Part shown: positions 28,371-38,675 of the stretch, piece after piece
Layout of the letters: each line of letters begins with the position of its first letter
Numbering within the stretch: the first letter of the stretch is position 1
Sequence record: MK327928.1
Length of the DNA stretch: 64,000 nucleotides
Source of the DNA: Escherichia phage vB_EcoM_G2133
Direction: 5' to 3' (one strand)
Made by a program: the position numbers and the translations under genes
The notes under the pieces: model-generated
What the model was told of the DNA's origin: nothing
Databases searched by the model: none
What the model saw: only the letters and a program-made list of their open reading frames with translations

Positions 28371-28739
28371 TTAATTACCAATCGTATATTTAGGAACGAG
28401 ATTCCATTCATGTTTTTGTTTAAAAGAAATAACTCGGAAGTTATTAGTTAAATCTTTCATAAAAGTTCTTTGACCAGGAACGATTTCAATCAGTCCCCAA
28501 TCTTCTAATAGCCATGCAATCGAATCACGACGAACTTCATCTTCTTCTGTCATTTCAACTTGGCGACCATCCATACGAAGCATTTCTTTAAAATGAACGA
28601 TATAGTATAGTCCTTTTTTCTGAAGAATATGACAGGACTGATACAGAACTTTATCTTTATTATTAGCAATTCCCATACGAGTCAAAGTTTCTTTTACTTT
28701 CAGAAAATCTTCAGGTTTTTTAAGAGTAATTTCAATCAT
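28371..28739 (-). CDS. regA: translational repressor RegA
   Basis: 122-aa ORF at the T4 regA position. Confidence 0.75.
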   Translation of the reverse strand: MIEITLKKPEDFLKVKETLTRMGIANNKDKVLYQSCHILQKKGLYYIVHFKEMLRMDGRQVEMTEEDEVRRDSIAWLLEDWGLIEIVPGQRTFMKDLTNNFRVISFKQKHEWNLVPKYTIGN

Positions 28740-28740
28740 T

Positions 28741-29325
28741 TTACCATTCCAATGCTAGTTTTTTGAGTTGTTTCTGTTCTTTTACGTTCTTAGTCACTTC
28801 TTTCAAAAAATCATCCGTGACTAATCCTTTAAGTTCTTTTAATACTAAAGGTAGTTTTCCATTTTTAGTAAGAATTGATTTATAGTTAATTGCATCATTT
28901 GTATTAACTTGATACCGCTTAGCAAGTAACTTAATAATCAATACTTCGGTGGAATCTTCAACTAGTTTTGCCCATTTACCATATCTTTTACCACGAGGAA
29001 CTGCAGCCATTAGATAATTAAAATGAGCTTCATCACTTAAGCCTGATCCAATTAAATTCATAGCATATACAGCTGGCATGCACTCCGGAAATTGCGATAA
29101 TGCATTCTCAACCATGTATTTTGAATAATCTTTTTGAGCAATAGAGCATTTAGTTTTATTATTAATAGCTCCAATTATTTCAAAAAACTCATTTTCAGCT
29201 TTTTCTTTAAAAGAATCGGCAGCGGATTGGACAGCTGTCCAATCTTTAGAATACCAAGCAACTTGATGCTCGTTTAATTGAATATCATCTTCAAATAAGC
29301 TCATATCACTTCCACTGCATTTCAC
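28741..29325 (-). CDS. 62: clamp loader small subunit gp62
   Basis: 194-aa ORF between gp44 and regA. Confidence 0.7.
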   Translation of the reverse strand: MKCSGSDMSLFEDDIQLNEHQVAWYSKDWTAVQSAADSFKEKAENEFFEIIGAINNKTKCSIAQKDYSKYMVENALSQFPECMPAVYAMNLIGSGLSDEAHFNYLMAAVPRGKRYGKWAKLVEDSTEVLIIKLLAKRYQVNTNDAINYKSILTKNGKLPLVLKELKGLVTDDFLKEVTKNVKEQKQLKKLALEW

Positions 29326-30280
29326 ATGCTAATTGAATGAAAAGATAAGCTAAATGTAATTCAGTGTTAGCTGCAATTCCATGATACTGATTATTTTCAC
29401 CAACAATTTCGTACATACGAATAATACTTTGCGGAGTTACACGTGAATAGATTTCTTCGGCAAGTTTACCCACGAACCACGAATAATCAGCCGCATATTT
29501 TGGTGCTAAAGCTCTGAGTTGTTTAACATCTTTATTTTTGAGAGACTCAAGAACATCATCAATAGCACCACGATCGTTAGTAACCAGTGATAAAATACCA
29601 GCATCCAAAACACCTTTAGATGAATAACTATCGAGCTCGCCAATAGTTTTACGAAAATCAGGAAAATTCTTTTTAACCAAAGCTGCTACAACTTTCATAT
29701 CAGCTATAGCAATTCCTTCATGCTTACAGATTTCAGTCAATCGACGAATCATCTGCTTCATCATTTCAATTTTATCTTCATCGGTCGGTTGACCGAACGT
29801 AATAACTCGGCAGCGTGACTGAAGCGGTTTAATAATACCATCAATATTATTAGCAGTAATAATAATACTGCAGTTTGAACTATAAGCTTCCATAAAGGAA
29901 CGAAGATGTCGCTGAGACTCTGCTAACCCTGAGCGGTCAAATTCATCAATAACGATTACTTTTTGACGACCATCAAATGAAGCAGCGCTGGCAAAATTAG
30001 TCAAAGGACCACGAACGAAATCAATTTTACAGTCTGATCCATTCACAAACATCATATCAGCATTTACATCATGACACAATGCTTTTGCTACAGTTGTTTT
30101 ACCTGTTCCTGGAGAAGGAGAATGAAGAATAATATGTGGAATCTTACCTTTACTTGTAATAGATTTAAAGGTTTCTTTATCAAAGGCGGGAAGAATACAT
30201 TCATCGATAGTAGATGGACGATATTTCTGTTCAAGAATGTGTTCTTTTTCATTTACGGTAATCATAATTTCCTCATTCAA
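29306..30280 (-). CDS. 44: clamp loader ATPase gp44 (AAA+)
   Basis: 324 aa; Walker A GTGKTT; Walker B VIVIDEFD; SRC motif. Confidence 0.85.
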   Translation of the reverse strand: MNEEIMITVNEKEHILEQKYRPSTIDECILPAFDKETFKSITSKGKIPHIILHSPSPGTGKTTVAKALCHDVNADMMFVNGSDCKIDFVRGPLTNFASAASFDGRQKVIVIDEFDRSGLAESQRHLRSFMEAYSSNCSIIITANNIDGIIKPLQSRCRVITFGQPTDEDKIEMMKQMIRRLTEICKHEGIAIADMKVVAALVKKNFPDFRKTIGELDSYSSKGVLDAGILSLVTNDRGAIDDVLESLKNKDVKQLRALAPKYAADYSWFVGKLAEEIYSRVTPQSIIRMYEIVGENNQYHGIAANTELHLAYLFIQLACEMQWK

Positions 30281-30297
30281 GTTTTAGTGTAAATTAT

Positions 30298-30315
30298 AAA
30301 GGGCCGAAGCCCTTT
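30298..30315 (-). terminator. stem-loop aaagggc-cgaa-gcccttt downstream of gene 45
   Basis: 7-bp stem; identical hairpin sequence at 35885..35902. Confidence 0.5.
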
Positions 30316-30316
30316 A

Positions 30317-31003
30317 TTAAAAATCGTGGGTAGAATCAGCTTCAAGAGCTACTACATAATTCGCATGTTCACCTTCAAATTTAGCAGCACCTTGTTTACC
30401 TTTTGCCCAGAGCAGAAGTTTATAATTTCCTGGTTGCATTTTCATATTTGCCATATTGATAATGAAATTAAATGTATTTTCACCATCATAATCACCAAGA
30501 GTCAAAGAATATTTAACACGGGTCAAAGCAGAATCTTCTACTTTATTAAAACCGTTAATTACGATTTTACCTTCTTTTACTGTGATAGCAATTGTATCAA
30601 TTTGCAGACCACGAGATACACGCAATAGTTGTTGAAGGTCTTCAGCTTTAATTTCAGTAACAACAGATGCTACCGGGAATGGAATTGGTTTATTAGGAGC
30701 AACTACTGTACTCGGATCGGCTGCTGGCCAAAAAATTGTTGAACGAGCATCAGCAATTTTAATATTTCCATCTTCTGACTGGGAAATTTCTGCATCATCA
30801 TTAACTAGAGACAGAATACCGAGAAAACCGTTCAAATCGTAAATTGCTACATCAAAATCAATAACGTCAGAAATATTTGCTTCCGCATAAGTTGTACCAT
30901 TAACTGCGCGAGTCATAATAAATTGACCTGATTTAAGCATAATACCGGAGTTAATAGTAGCAAAATTTTTAAGCAGAGCAGTAGTATCTTTAGACAGTTT
31001 CAT
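30317..31003 (-). CDS. 45: sliding clamp gp45
   Basis: 228 aa; MKLSKDTTALLKNFATINSGIML. Confidence 0.85.
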   Translation of the reverse strand: MKLSKDTTALLKNFATINSGIMLKSGQFIMTRAVNGTTYAEANISDVIDFDVAIYDLNGFLGILSLVNDDAEISQSEDGNIKIADARSTIFWPAADPSTVVAPNKPIPFPVASVVTEIKAEDLQQLLRVSRGLQIDTIAITVKEGKIVINGFNKVEDSALTRVKYSLTLGDYDGENTFNFIINMANMKMQPGNYKLLLWAKGKQGAAKFEGEHANYVVALEADSTHDF

Positions 31004-31058
31004 GTAATTTCCTTCAATTCAAATGAGATTTAATTTTATAACTAATTTAATAAAGCAA

Positions 31059-31448
31059 TTAACGATTAAAATCAGCCGCAATTGTTTCCGCAACAATTTG
31101 AGCAGCAACAATTAGACGTTCATCTGCATTGCCGCAATAATCATCTTCAAGGCGTTCACCACATGAAGTCATAATAAATTTAGCACCGGCGTTTAGGGAT
31201 TCTGTAGTATGTTTGCGCATTAGTTCAATCCATTTATTACTTACTTCACGATCGATAGCTTCATAATATGCATGACGAGCAGGTGCAGATTTAATTTTGT
31301 TCTGAATAACTTCCATTGCGTTATCAGAAAGAGACAAAACCCATGCTCGACGAATTTTATTTTGGTTTTGTGGATTTGATTCAGAACGCACGTGTTTTGG
31401 CTGAATATCTTTTACGTCAACAGTATAATTCACAGTAATTTTAGTCAT
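31059..31448 (-). CDS. rpbA: RNA polymerase binding protein RpbA
   Basis: 129-aa ORF directly upstream of gene 45. Confidence 0.6.
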
Positions 31449-31457
31449 AATACACCT

Positions 31458-31646
31458 TTAGTCATAATAATCAGTAACAGTCCAAGATTCATTTCTATTG
31501 GACATTATTTTTGTATATTCTGCTTTAAATGCATTCCTAAGCATAGATTCAGTAACTATATGCTCTTCATTAGAAAAATTATTTCTCAGAATATATCGTT
31601 TTATTTCAGGAATAGTTAATAGATGCTGTCCAGTTGAATATTCCAT
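31458..31646 (-). CDS. hypothetical small protein (45.2-like)
   Basis: 62-aa ORF. Confidence 0.45.
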   Translation of the reverse strand: MEYSTGQHLLTIPEIKRYILRNNFSNEEHIVTESMLRNAFKAEYTKIMSNRNESWTVTDYYD

Positions 31647-31663
31647 GTTTTTCCTCCATAGAG

Positions 31664-31687
31664 ATTATACTCTAATAAATTAAAGCA
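31664..31687 (-). promoter_or_regulatory. MotA-dependent middle promoter (TGCTTTA, 11-bp spacer, TATAAT)
   Basis: minus strand tatGCTTTAatttattagagTATAAT upstream of the 45.2/rpbA/45 block. Confidence 0.45.
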
Positions 31688-31701
31688 TAATCTCTTATAA
31701 A

Positions 31702-33384
31702 TTAAACCATTACAGTAAATCGACCAACTTTCTTCATTTGAAGATGCTGACCGTATGCTTGCGGGTCATGGTCTCTATGTGAAATAACAAAAACGTTAGT
31801 ATTTTTTAAACTATCTAAAATAGTTGAAATAGCTTTTACACCTTCAACGTCGGTCGCTGAATCAAAAACTTCATCAAGAATTAGTGTGTTTATTTTAACA
31901 CCTGAAACTTTTTCAGCAATATCACGCCAAGTAAATAAAAGAGCAATATCAATTCGTGCTTTTTCACCTTGACTGAATGAAGCATAACTAAAATCTTCAC
32001 GACCACGGGATTTAATTGTCTCATTAAATTCTTCATCTAATGTAAACACATAATCCGCTTCCATTATTTTAAGATAATGGTTAATCTGCTTATTAAATAA
32101 TGGAATGTACTTTTTAATAATAGCACCTTTAATACCAGAATCTTTGAGCATATCAGTCAAAATTCCTCGGTGGTATTTTTCCATTACTAAATTAGTTTTT
32201 GTCTTAACAATTTTATCAAGTTCTTCTTGAAGCAGTGCTATTTCATCAGCATGGTCAATAAACTCAGAAGATGCTTTTTCTATAGCCGCTTTAACCTTTT
32301 TAGCTTTATCTACCGTCGTGATTAGAGATTGCTTTTTATTGCGAATATCATTTGCCAACGACTGTTGGGTTTTAATATTATCTCGGTATTCATCAACAAG
32401 AACTCTTAAATTATCACGATGTGTTGAAAGCTGTTCAAACGAATGCGTACATTCAGAAACTTTATCTTTAATTTTAGAAACAACTTTATCACCGGAACTT
32501 AATTGTGACAAACAGGTTGGACATAATCCACCTTCGTGATACATATTAATGACTTTATTATACGAGTCAATTTTTGATTTAATTAAAAATGCTTCTTGAC
32601 CGATTTTATTAAATGCATCAGTCGGGTCTTCATCCAAAACAATATTAACTAATCTTTCATTAGCTTCTTCTATTTCCGATTTTAGCGTTCTAGCTTCTTT
32701 TGCCAAATCATCATACATATTTTGAAGACGAGTAAGGTTGTCACCCGTTAATTTTTTCTGGCGTTCAACGTTATCATTATATATTTTAATTTGTTGGATA
32801 ATACTATCTTTTTTAACATCAAGCACTTGGTTTTGTGAGTTTAATTCACGTATTAGTGCTTTATTAAGCTTATCCATTTCAGCTAATGTTCCTACCTCGA
32901 GCAGGTCTTCCACAAGCTTTCTTCGCGCAGGGGTCGACAAACCCATGAAAGGGGTATACCCTGCTGTACCAAGGACAACAATCTGCTTGAAACTGGCATA
33001 TGACATTCCGATAAGCTGTTCAAATTCTGCTTGGAAATCTTTACTGCTGGCAGATTCATTAAGACGTGTATCGTTAACGGTGATTTCGAAAACGTTTGGT
33101 TTTTGTCCTCTTTTGATATAGTACTTTTTCTCATCATATTCCATCCACAGTTCAACTAAAAGTTCTTTCTTATTTGTGCTGTTTATTAATTGACCTTTCT
33201 TTACATCGCGAAATGGCTTACCAAAAAGCCCAAATGTGATGGCTTCTAACATAGTAGACTTACCACCGCCATTTCGGCCAGTAATAAGAGTTTTTTGAAC
33301 CTTATCTAATTGAATGTCAACTCCATTTTGACCAACTGACATTATATTTTTATATTTTACTCTATTAAGTTTAAATGATTTCAT
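31702..33384 (-). CDS. 46: recombination nuclease subunit gp46 (Rad50/SbcC-like ATPase)
   Basis: 560 aa; Walker A GRNGGGKST; coiled-coil middle; C-terminal LILDEVFD. Confidence 0.85.
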   Translation of the reverse strand: MKSFKLNRVKYKNIMSVGQNGVDIQLDKVQKTLITGRNGGGKSTMLEAITFGLFGKPFRDVKKGQLINSTNKKELLVELWMEYDEKKYYIKRGQKPNVFEITVNDTRLNESASSKDFQAEFEQLIGMSYASFKQIVVLGTAGYTPFMGLSTPARRKLVEDLLEVGTLAEMDKLNKALIRELNSQNQVLDVKKDSIIQQIKIYNDNVERQKKLTGDNLTRLQNMYDDLAKEARTLKSEIEEANERLVNIVLDEDPTDAFNKIGQEAFLIKSKIDSYNKVINMYHEGGLCPTCLSQLSSGDKVVSKIKDKVSECTHSFEQLSTHRDNLRVLVDEYRDNIKTQQSLANDIRNKKQSLITTVDKAKKVKAAIEKASSEFIDHADEIALLQEELDKIVKTKTNLVMEKYHRGILTDMLKDSGIKGAIIKKYIPLFNKQINHYLKIMEADYVFTLDEEFNETIKSRGREDFSYASFSQGEKARIDIALLFTWRDIAEKVSGVKINTLILDEVFDSATDVEGVKAISTILDSLKNTNVFVISHRDHDPQAYGQHLQMKKVGRFTVMV

Positions 33385-33399
33385 TTTGTATCCAATTGT

Positions 33400-34261
33400 T
33401 CACAATGAAGAAAATTCTTTAACTAAAGCCTGTAATGAAGCCTCTATTGGATATCCATTCTTAACTAACATTTTCCTAAACATCACATGTTTAGGACGAT
33501 TATATGATATCCACAATTCATACAATTTATCTTTATTATCCCAATGATAACCTTTTCGTCGAGATGCTATATGAGCTTTTCTAATCTCCGGATTTTTCCA
33601 ACTAGCAGCTACTGAATTTGATATAGCTATTTTATATTCAGGTTTTGATAAAGCAGCACGAACAGCCTTTTGGTGTTTAATTTTATTTTCTTCGTTATTA
33701 AACCATTCCCTTGAAGCCATTGAAATTTTTTGTTTTGTTTTAAAATTATTTAATCTTTCTTTGTTATCTTTCCTATTTTTTGCTACTGAAAAATATTTTA
33801 ATGCCCTTTCTCTAGCAGCATTTCTATTTTGCGGATTTGAATAATACTGTTGAAGCCTTTTTGATATTGTGTCACTTACATCTTGTTTTATAAAACTATA
33901 CTCAGCAGCTATTAAATCAACTTCGGCTAAAGATAAATTTTTATATGTTTTTCCTGACATCATTCTATTTAAAGCATTTAGCATTTAGCATTTTTCCATT
34001 TTTACCTTTTGCTAATAAGAAATGTGCTTTAAAATGATTAAAATGACTTAAATTAACTAAATTCCATGTAGATTTTAAATATTCAGGAAATATTGATTTA
34101 GGAAGCACGTGGTGTGCTTCCGTTTTACCTGGAGTTTTAACAGTTGAATTCATAGAAATAAAATTAATGTAAGACTTGGCGTCTTCTTCACTCAACGCTA
34201 ATTTTTCAACTAATTCCTTTATTAAAAATTCATCATTAATGTCAAGTTTAAAATTCTTCAC
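33400..34261 (-). pseudogene. HNH homing endonuclease (Mob-like) split into two ORFs by an extra copy of a 7-bp repeat
   Basis: ORF 33965..34261 carries HNH motif EAHHVLPKS...NLVNLS...HFKAHF; ORF 33400..33984 matches the C-terminal half of the intact HNH ORF 53868..54647. Confidence 0.65.
33973..33993. repeat. heptamer agcattt x3 (minus strand aaatgct) at the HNH frameshift point
   Basis: three exact tandem copies; two copies would give a continuous reading frame. Confidence 0.9.
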
Positions 34262-34473
34262 AAAAGATTCCTTTTAATGTATCTTTTAGACCATTCTATC
34301 ATATCATCATAATCTAAAAAGTATTCATCAAATTCAGCCATGCAAACAACACCTTGTGCTGTTTTTGATGTAATATAAATTATTCCAACATATCTAGAAT
34401 CTTCTTCGGTATAATCAATGTTTGCTATGAATTCATCATTAATGTCAAATGTCGAAAACTTCACAGTATGCAT
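34258..34473 (-). CDS. hypothetical small protein (likely start ATG 34473)
   Basis: 71 aa from MHTVKFSTFDINDEF; N-terminal coding sequence repeated at the HNH start. Confidence 0.4.
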   Translation of the reverse strand: MHTVKFSTFDINDEFIANIDYTEEDSRYVGIIYITSKTAQGVVCMAEFDEYFLDYDDMIEWSKRYIKRNLL

Positions 34474-34708
34474 CCTTAATACAAGATACAGCCATATCTC
34501 GTAATGATTTAGGCGTGTCATTATCTAAAATGTTGAAGTTAAAAGATACAGCCCAATCAGTGCAGACTGTAACCTTTTTAATATAATTATCTTCAACCTC
34601 TAGTGGTTCAAACCAGTATTCAATAATTTCTTTATGACCAATATCATCTTTTACTTCGCATTCAAAATGCTGACTCATCATAACATTTTTAAATTCATCA
34701 AAAGTCAT
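34445..34708 (-). CDS. hypothetical protein
   Basis: 87-aa ORF immediately downstream of gene 47. Confidence 0.45.
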   Translation of the reverse strand: MTFDEFKNVMMSQHFECEVKDDIGHKEIIEYWFEPLEVEDNYIKKVTVCTDWAVSFNFNILDNDTPKSLRDMAVSCIKDAYCEVFDI

Positions 34709-35724
34709 TGTGTTGCCTCTACATATAACTGATTTGCATATTGAATAAGTGCTTCACGGTCAGAATCAGTGATGTCTGGAATTGCATTAATGTATTCTTC
34801 CATCAATGTCTGAAGCGATTGAACTTCAACTTCTTCACTGTTATCTGACTCGACAGAGTTATCAATCTTTGACACAACTCGTAATGAATGCACAACTTTT
34901 TCTAGTTCAGATTCGAACTTCGTCAGATTTTTGTCTACTTCAGTTACTATAACACGTACTGATAGATTTGTAAAATCTTTATAGTCAATTTTTCCTTTAA
35001 ATGGATAATGAATTCTACGATGCCAGGTAGTATTGTTTGGAATAAATTCCATTCGTTCTGTTTCTGTATCAAACATCCAGAACCCGCGAGGGTCATTCTC
35101 GTCACCTGCTGTTAGTGTCCATGGTGTCCCAATATATCTGACGTTAGCAGCCTCAGAAATAGTATGGAAGTGACCAGACCACACTTCTTTATAAGTCTTA
35201 AGGAAATCAGGTTCAAGACCATGAGATTTCATTCCTTTATAAAAATAAAATCCATTCAGTTCCCAGTGACCAACACAAAAAGAAGCAGATGAAGTTTTGA
35301 TGTGCTCAAGAATTTCACCAGTATTTTCTTCGCACATCCAAGGAATCAAATCAATCAAACACCCGTCAAAATCTACTGTAGTAGGCTTATCATATACTTT
35401 AACATTAGGATATTTAGCCAAAAGCTCAGTAGAAGCATTTGGAGTTAAAGTATTTTTAAAGTGCATATCATGGTTTCCTACAACAGTATGTAGGGTAATA
35501 CCAGCATCATCAAGCATTTGAACTATTTCACGAGCGAACTCCATAGTTTTATGCGTGATTGCTTTTCGCACATCAAAAATATCGCCGTATTGAATCCATG
35601 TAGTAATTTCATTTTTCTTAGAATATTCTATGGCTTGTTTAATTCCATCCAACTGAATGGATTGAACCCACTCATCATCGGCTTTAACGCCTAAATGCCA
35701 ATCACCTAAATTTAAAATTTTCAT
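34705..35724 (-). CDS. 47: recombination nuclease subunit gp47 (Mre11/SbcD-like)
   Basis: 339 aa; phosphoesterase motifs LGDWHLG, GDIFD, GNHD. Confidence 0.85.
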   Translation of the reverse strand: MKILNLGDWHLGVKADDEWVQSIQLDGIKQAIEYSKKNEITTWIQYGDIFDVRKAITHKTMEFAREIVQMLDDAGITLHTVVGNHDMHFKNTLTPNASTELLAKYPNVKVYDKPTTVDFDGCLIDLIPWMCEENTGEILEHIKTSSASFCVGHWELNGFYFYKGMKSHGLEPDFLKTYKEVWSGHFHTISEAANVRYIGTPWTLTAGDENDPRGFWMFDTETERMEFIPNNTTWHRRIHYPFKGKIDYKDFTNLSVRVIVTEVDKNLTKFESELEKVVHSLRVVSKIDNSVESDNSEEVEVQSLQTLMEEYINAIPDITDSDREALIQYANQLYVEATQ

Positions 35725-35859
35725 ATATCAAGAACCGTCATTGAAATGCAAAATAAAATTATTGAAATAAATCCATCTGGAGTGCTAAAGAACCCAATCC
35801 AACATGCTCTAGTGAATAGATAAAATGCAAGAAAAAGTATCACATATCCAAGAAATATC

Positions 35860-35883
35860 ATTATATCAAACTCCGTATAAAGC
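35860..35883 (-). promoter_or_regulatory. MotA-dependent middle promoter for gene 47 (aGCTTTA, 12-bp spacer, TATAAT)
   Basis: minus strand aGCTTTAtacggagtttgaTATAAT immediately 3' of hairpin 35885..35902. Confidence 0.45.
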
Positions 35884-35884
35884 T

Positions 35885-35902
35885 AAAGGGCCGAAGCCCT
35901 TT
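35885..35902 (-). terminator. stem-loop aaagggc-cgaa-gcccttt at the alpha-gt stop
   Basis: 7-bp stem, UUCG loop on the minus-strand RNA. Confidence 0.5.
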
Positions 35903-37103
35903 ATTTTGTAATAATGTCAAACTGTTCTTTAAAGCAGAAGCTTGAATCTTGATGTTGATACAAAAATTCATACGCTTTTTCACGTTCGCGGTCATAAAGA
36001 GCTCGGTCAGATGACAGTTCTTTAATACGCTCAAACGTTGATTCCATATCATTTTCATCAAACCAAATGATACCGCTATCATGCGAGGTCAAAGGAGTAT
36101 TATCAACACGGAATTTTAAATTTTCGCCAGTAGATTTCCAAAATACCGGAATTGTTCCACATGCACCAAGCTCGAGATGAGTATATTCTAAAGAACGCTG
36201 TAGATATTTTTTATCCAACTTACTCAGCTGATAACCAAATCCGGATTTACTCATGCGTTCAAGCATTTCGCTATTTACATAACGGTCAAGAATTTGCGTT
36301 GGCAAATTAGGAGCAATTTTAATTTGGTCTACTTGATGAAGACGATAATACTCGTATGGAATTCCTTTTTCTTTAATAGGAATGAACGCTGGAGAACGTT
36401 CCAGACCTTCCATAATAGTACTTAGTCCTGCAGGTTTAAGATGTTTTTCATGAAAATCAAACATCTGATAAAAACCTTTCCATGTAGTCGTACGACCAAT
36501 CCAACGGTTGATATTCATGTTAATTTCAGAAACATCTTTCCAGTAGGTTGATCGAACCTTCGCAATATCCATAGGAGGCTGAAAGTTATATACTGTCGGC
36601 GCTTCTTCAATATCATCAAACAGAGAAACTGTTTCCGGATACCATTCTTTCATCAGAACTTTATTAAAATCGCCATTATCAGAATGGCTAAAAATAACAT
36701 CAGCTCGACGAACAGTTTCTTCTAATCCCAAATTTCGACGCAAAGAAAGAGAAGAATGGTCATGCTGATAAACTACAACACGAACAGAAGGTTTAATGTT
36801 ATCAATAATTTTTTTATAGTTATTAATAGTGTCTTCTTCAACCGAAGTAGCAGGAACTGAATTGATAATTAGAATATCACAATCATTTACCAGCTTAAGT
36901 GTTTTATCGTATTCTTTTGCCAATAAAACCGGAATTGAAAATGATTTATAATCATGCGCGCAATTACGAGTAAATGATTTATCTTTAGCATAAACCAAAG
37001 TCACTTCATGACCATTTTTAATAAACCAATCACGTTGCTCGAGTGAGAATTTAGTTACACCACAACCTTCAAGACCTCGAGCCATAAAAATACATACTTT
37101 CAT
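35901..37103 (-). CDS. agt: DNA alpha-glucosyltransferase
   Basis: 400-aa ORF, MKVCIFMARGLEGCGVTKFSLEQRDWF. Confidence 0.75.
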   Translation of the reverse strand: MKVCIFMARGLEGCGVTKFSLEQRDWFIKNGHEVTLVYAKDKSFTRNCAHDYKSFSIPVLLAKEYDKTLKLVNDCDILIINSVPATSVEEDTINNYKKIIDNIKPSVRVVVYQHDHSSLSLRRNLGLEETVRRADVIFSHSDNGDFNKVLMKEWYPETVSLFDDIEEAPTVYNFQPPMDIAKVRSTYWKDVSEINMNINRWIGRTTTWKGFYQMFDFHEKHLKPAGLSTIMEGLERSPAFIPIKEKGIPYEYYRLHQVDQIKIAPNLPTQILDRYVNSEMLERMSKSGFGYQLSKLDKKYLQRSLEYTHLELGACGTIPVFWKSTGENLKFRVDNTPLTSHDSGIIWFDENDMESTFERIKELSSDRALYDREREKAYEFLYQHQDSSFCFKEQFDIITK

Positions 37104-37153
37104 TTAATATCCTCTTTGTTTTGGTTTATTTTACCAAAAATTTATAAAGCAAT

Positions 37154-37173
37154 ATAGGAGCCGAAGCTCCTAT
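37154..37173 (-). terminator. stem-loop ataggagc-cgaa-gctcctat
   Basis: 8-bp stem, overlaps stop of small ORF 37170..37286. Confidence 0.5.
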
Positions 37174-37286
37174 CCACATAATACGCCATACAGAGGCTCG
37201 TTAGAACTTTTAAATTTTATGCGCTTATATTTTATAGTTCCTTCTGCTTTAGCTTTATCATGAGACTCTTTAAAGCGTCTCATCAT
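37170..37286 (-). CDS. hypothetical basic small protein, 38 aa, not in ORF track
   Basis: MMRRFKESHDKAKAEGTIKYKRIKFKSSNEPLYGVLCG; AAGAGGA ribosome-binding site. Confidence 0.35.
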   Translation of the reverse strand: MMRRFKESHDKAKAEGTIKYKRIKFKSSNEPLYGVLCG

Positions 37287-37346
37287 TTCCTCTTTAGAGG
37301 AACGAATTTTATTATAATCTATTTCAGAAGTCTGGGTGTTCATCTT

Positions 37347-37553
37347 TCATAACTGCCACCATTTTTTGACTTGATAAGAATCAACCCACACTTTCATATT
37401 AGGGTCTGCTCTTACAATAGGAGAATTAACTTCTTTAATTGAACTATCATGGTATTCTTTTTCAGAAATTTTCACACAAAGATGACCATTCAAAGATTCA
37501 GTAAATCCTGCATTAATTTTAAGACGCTTGAATTTTACGTGTGTAAGCATCAA
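37347..37553 (-). CDS. hypothetical small protein
   Basis: 68-aa ORF. Confidence 0.4.
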   Translation of the reverse strand: MMLTHVKFKRLKINAGFTESLNGHLCVKISEKEYHDSSIKEVNSPIVRADPNMKVWVDSYQVKKWWQL

Positions 37554-37836
37554 TCATATCCTCAATCTGCGATCTAGTAGTCTTCCAAAGAATACTGATG
37601 AGTTCATCGTTATATGGCTGTTTTAGAATATCCCGACTTTTCTTGATAGCATATTCGTATTGAGCAAAATTATTATTTTCAGCTGCAATCTGAGCGTGCT
37701 TATAAAGACGATTCAGTTCGCGTTTGTTTTTAGACAATAACTTATTTGCTTTTCTTTCTGCTTCAAGACGGTTCTTTTCTTCAATAGAAGAAATAAGCTT
37801 TTCCACTTCATCATTAATTTCGGGTTTATCAGTCAT
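37519..37836 (-). CDS. hypothetical protein
   Basis: 105-aa ORF. Confidence 0.45.
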   Translation of the reverse strand: MTDKPEINDEVEKLISSIEEKNRLEAERKANKLLSKNKRELNRLYKHAQIAAENNNFAQYEYAIKKSRDILKQPYNDELISILWKTTRSQIEDMIDAYTRKIQAS

Positions 37837-37837
37837 A

Positions 37838-38056
37838 TTATTTCTCTAATATAAAATAAAAATCATCATCTGTTAAATGATACCGATAGTTTAATTCTAC
37901 ACCATTAGATTTAAAAGCGGTATCATACGGATTTTCTGGATCAATATCAATGTCAAGAGCTAAAACTTCCCTGAGATACATTTTAAGTAAATAGGGAATA
38001 GCTTCAACTTCAGGTATTTCTTCCAAGAATCCGGAGAGGTTAATCGTTAGCCTCAT
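37838..38056 (-). CDS. hypothetical small protein
   Basis: 72-aa ORF. Confidence 0.4.
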
Positions 38057-38603
38057 ATAAAAAATCCAAACTAGGAGAATCGTCTACAACACTTTTCTTT
38101 TCAGCCCCCGGTGTTCTATAGGTTGATTCTTCGTAATGCGTCATTTTATCGTAGATGTCTTGAATAAAAGTTTCATCTACTAACGCAACCATATCGTCGT
38201 CACGGCTGTCATAGACATTGTGAACGAAGTAACTATATTTCTTTGCAACTTCCTTACGTTCTTTTTTAATACGTTGGACGAATGCATTAAAACAAGCTTG
38301 AGTTATATACGCATGTGGGTTTTTATATTTCGTTTCATCAAAATTGTGAAGCCCCTTAATAGAAGCTTCTATACCATCTGCAATCATTTCTTGTTTCCAA
38401 GACTGGGTGTATCCTGAAAAGTTGAAACGTTTAGATAAGCCTTCTGCAATAAGCATAATGGCTAATCCGATAGTATCATTCTGACGAACTACTTTATTTG
38501 GGTCTTTATTATTTGCTAATTCTGTTTTCCAATCAATAATAGCTTGTAAAAGCTCTTTATTGTTTACGTAATTATATTTAGGCTTAGTTTCTGACATTTT
38601 CAC
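38040..38603 (-). CDS. 55: late transcription sigma factor gp55
   Basis: 187 aa; [26 protein letters not shown]. Confidence 0.8.
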
Positions 38604-38675
38604 CTCTTAGCTCAATTCATAGATCTATTATATCATAATATTTGAAGATCTATCTTAAAGCATAGAGGATATCAG

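Noticed and set aside
35721-35861. 46-aa hydrophobic ORF between alpha-gt and gp47 with ATGA overlap onto the gp47 start
   Set aside because: Its ATG lies inside the -10 box of the predicted gene 47 middle promoter, upstream of the expected transcription start; kept only as an unresolved possibility.
35861-36082. 73-aa minus-strand ORF overlapping the 3' end of alpha-gt
   Set aside because: Nested in another frame of the alpha-gt gene with no independent start signals.
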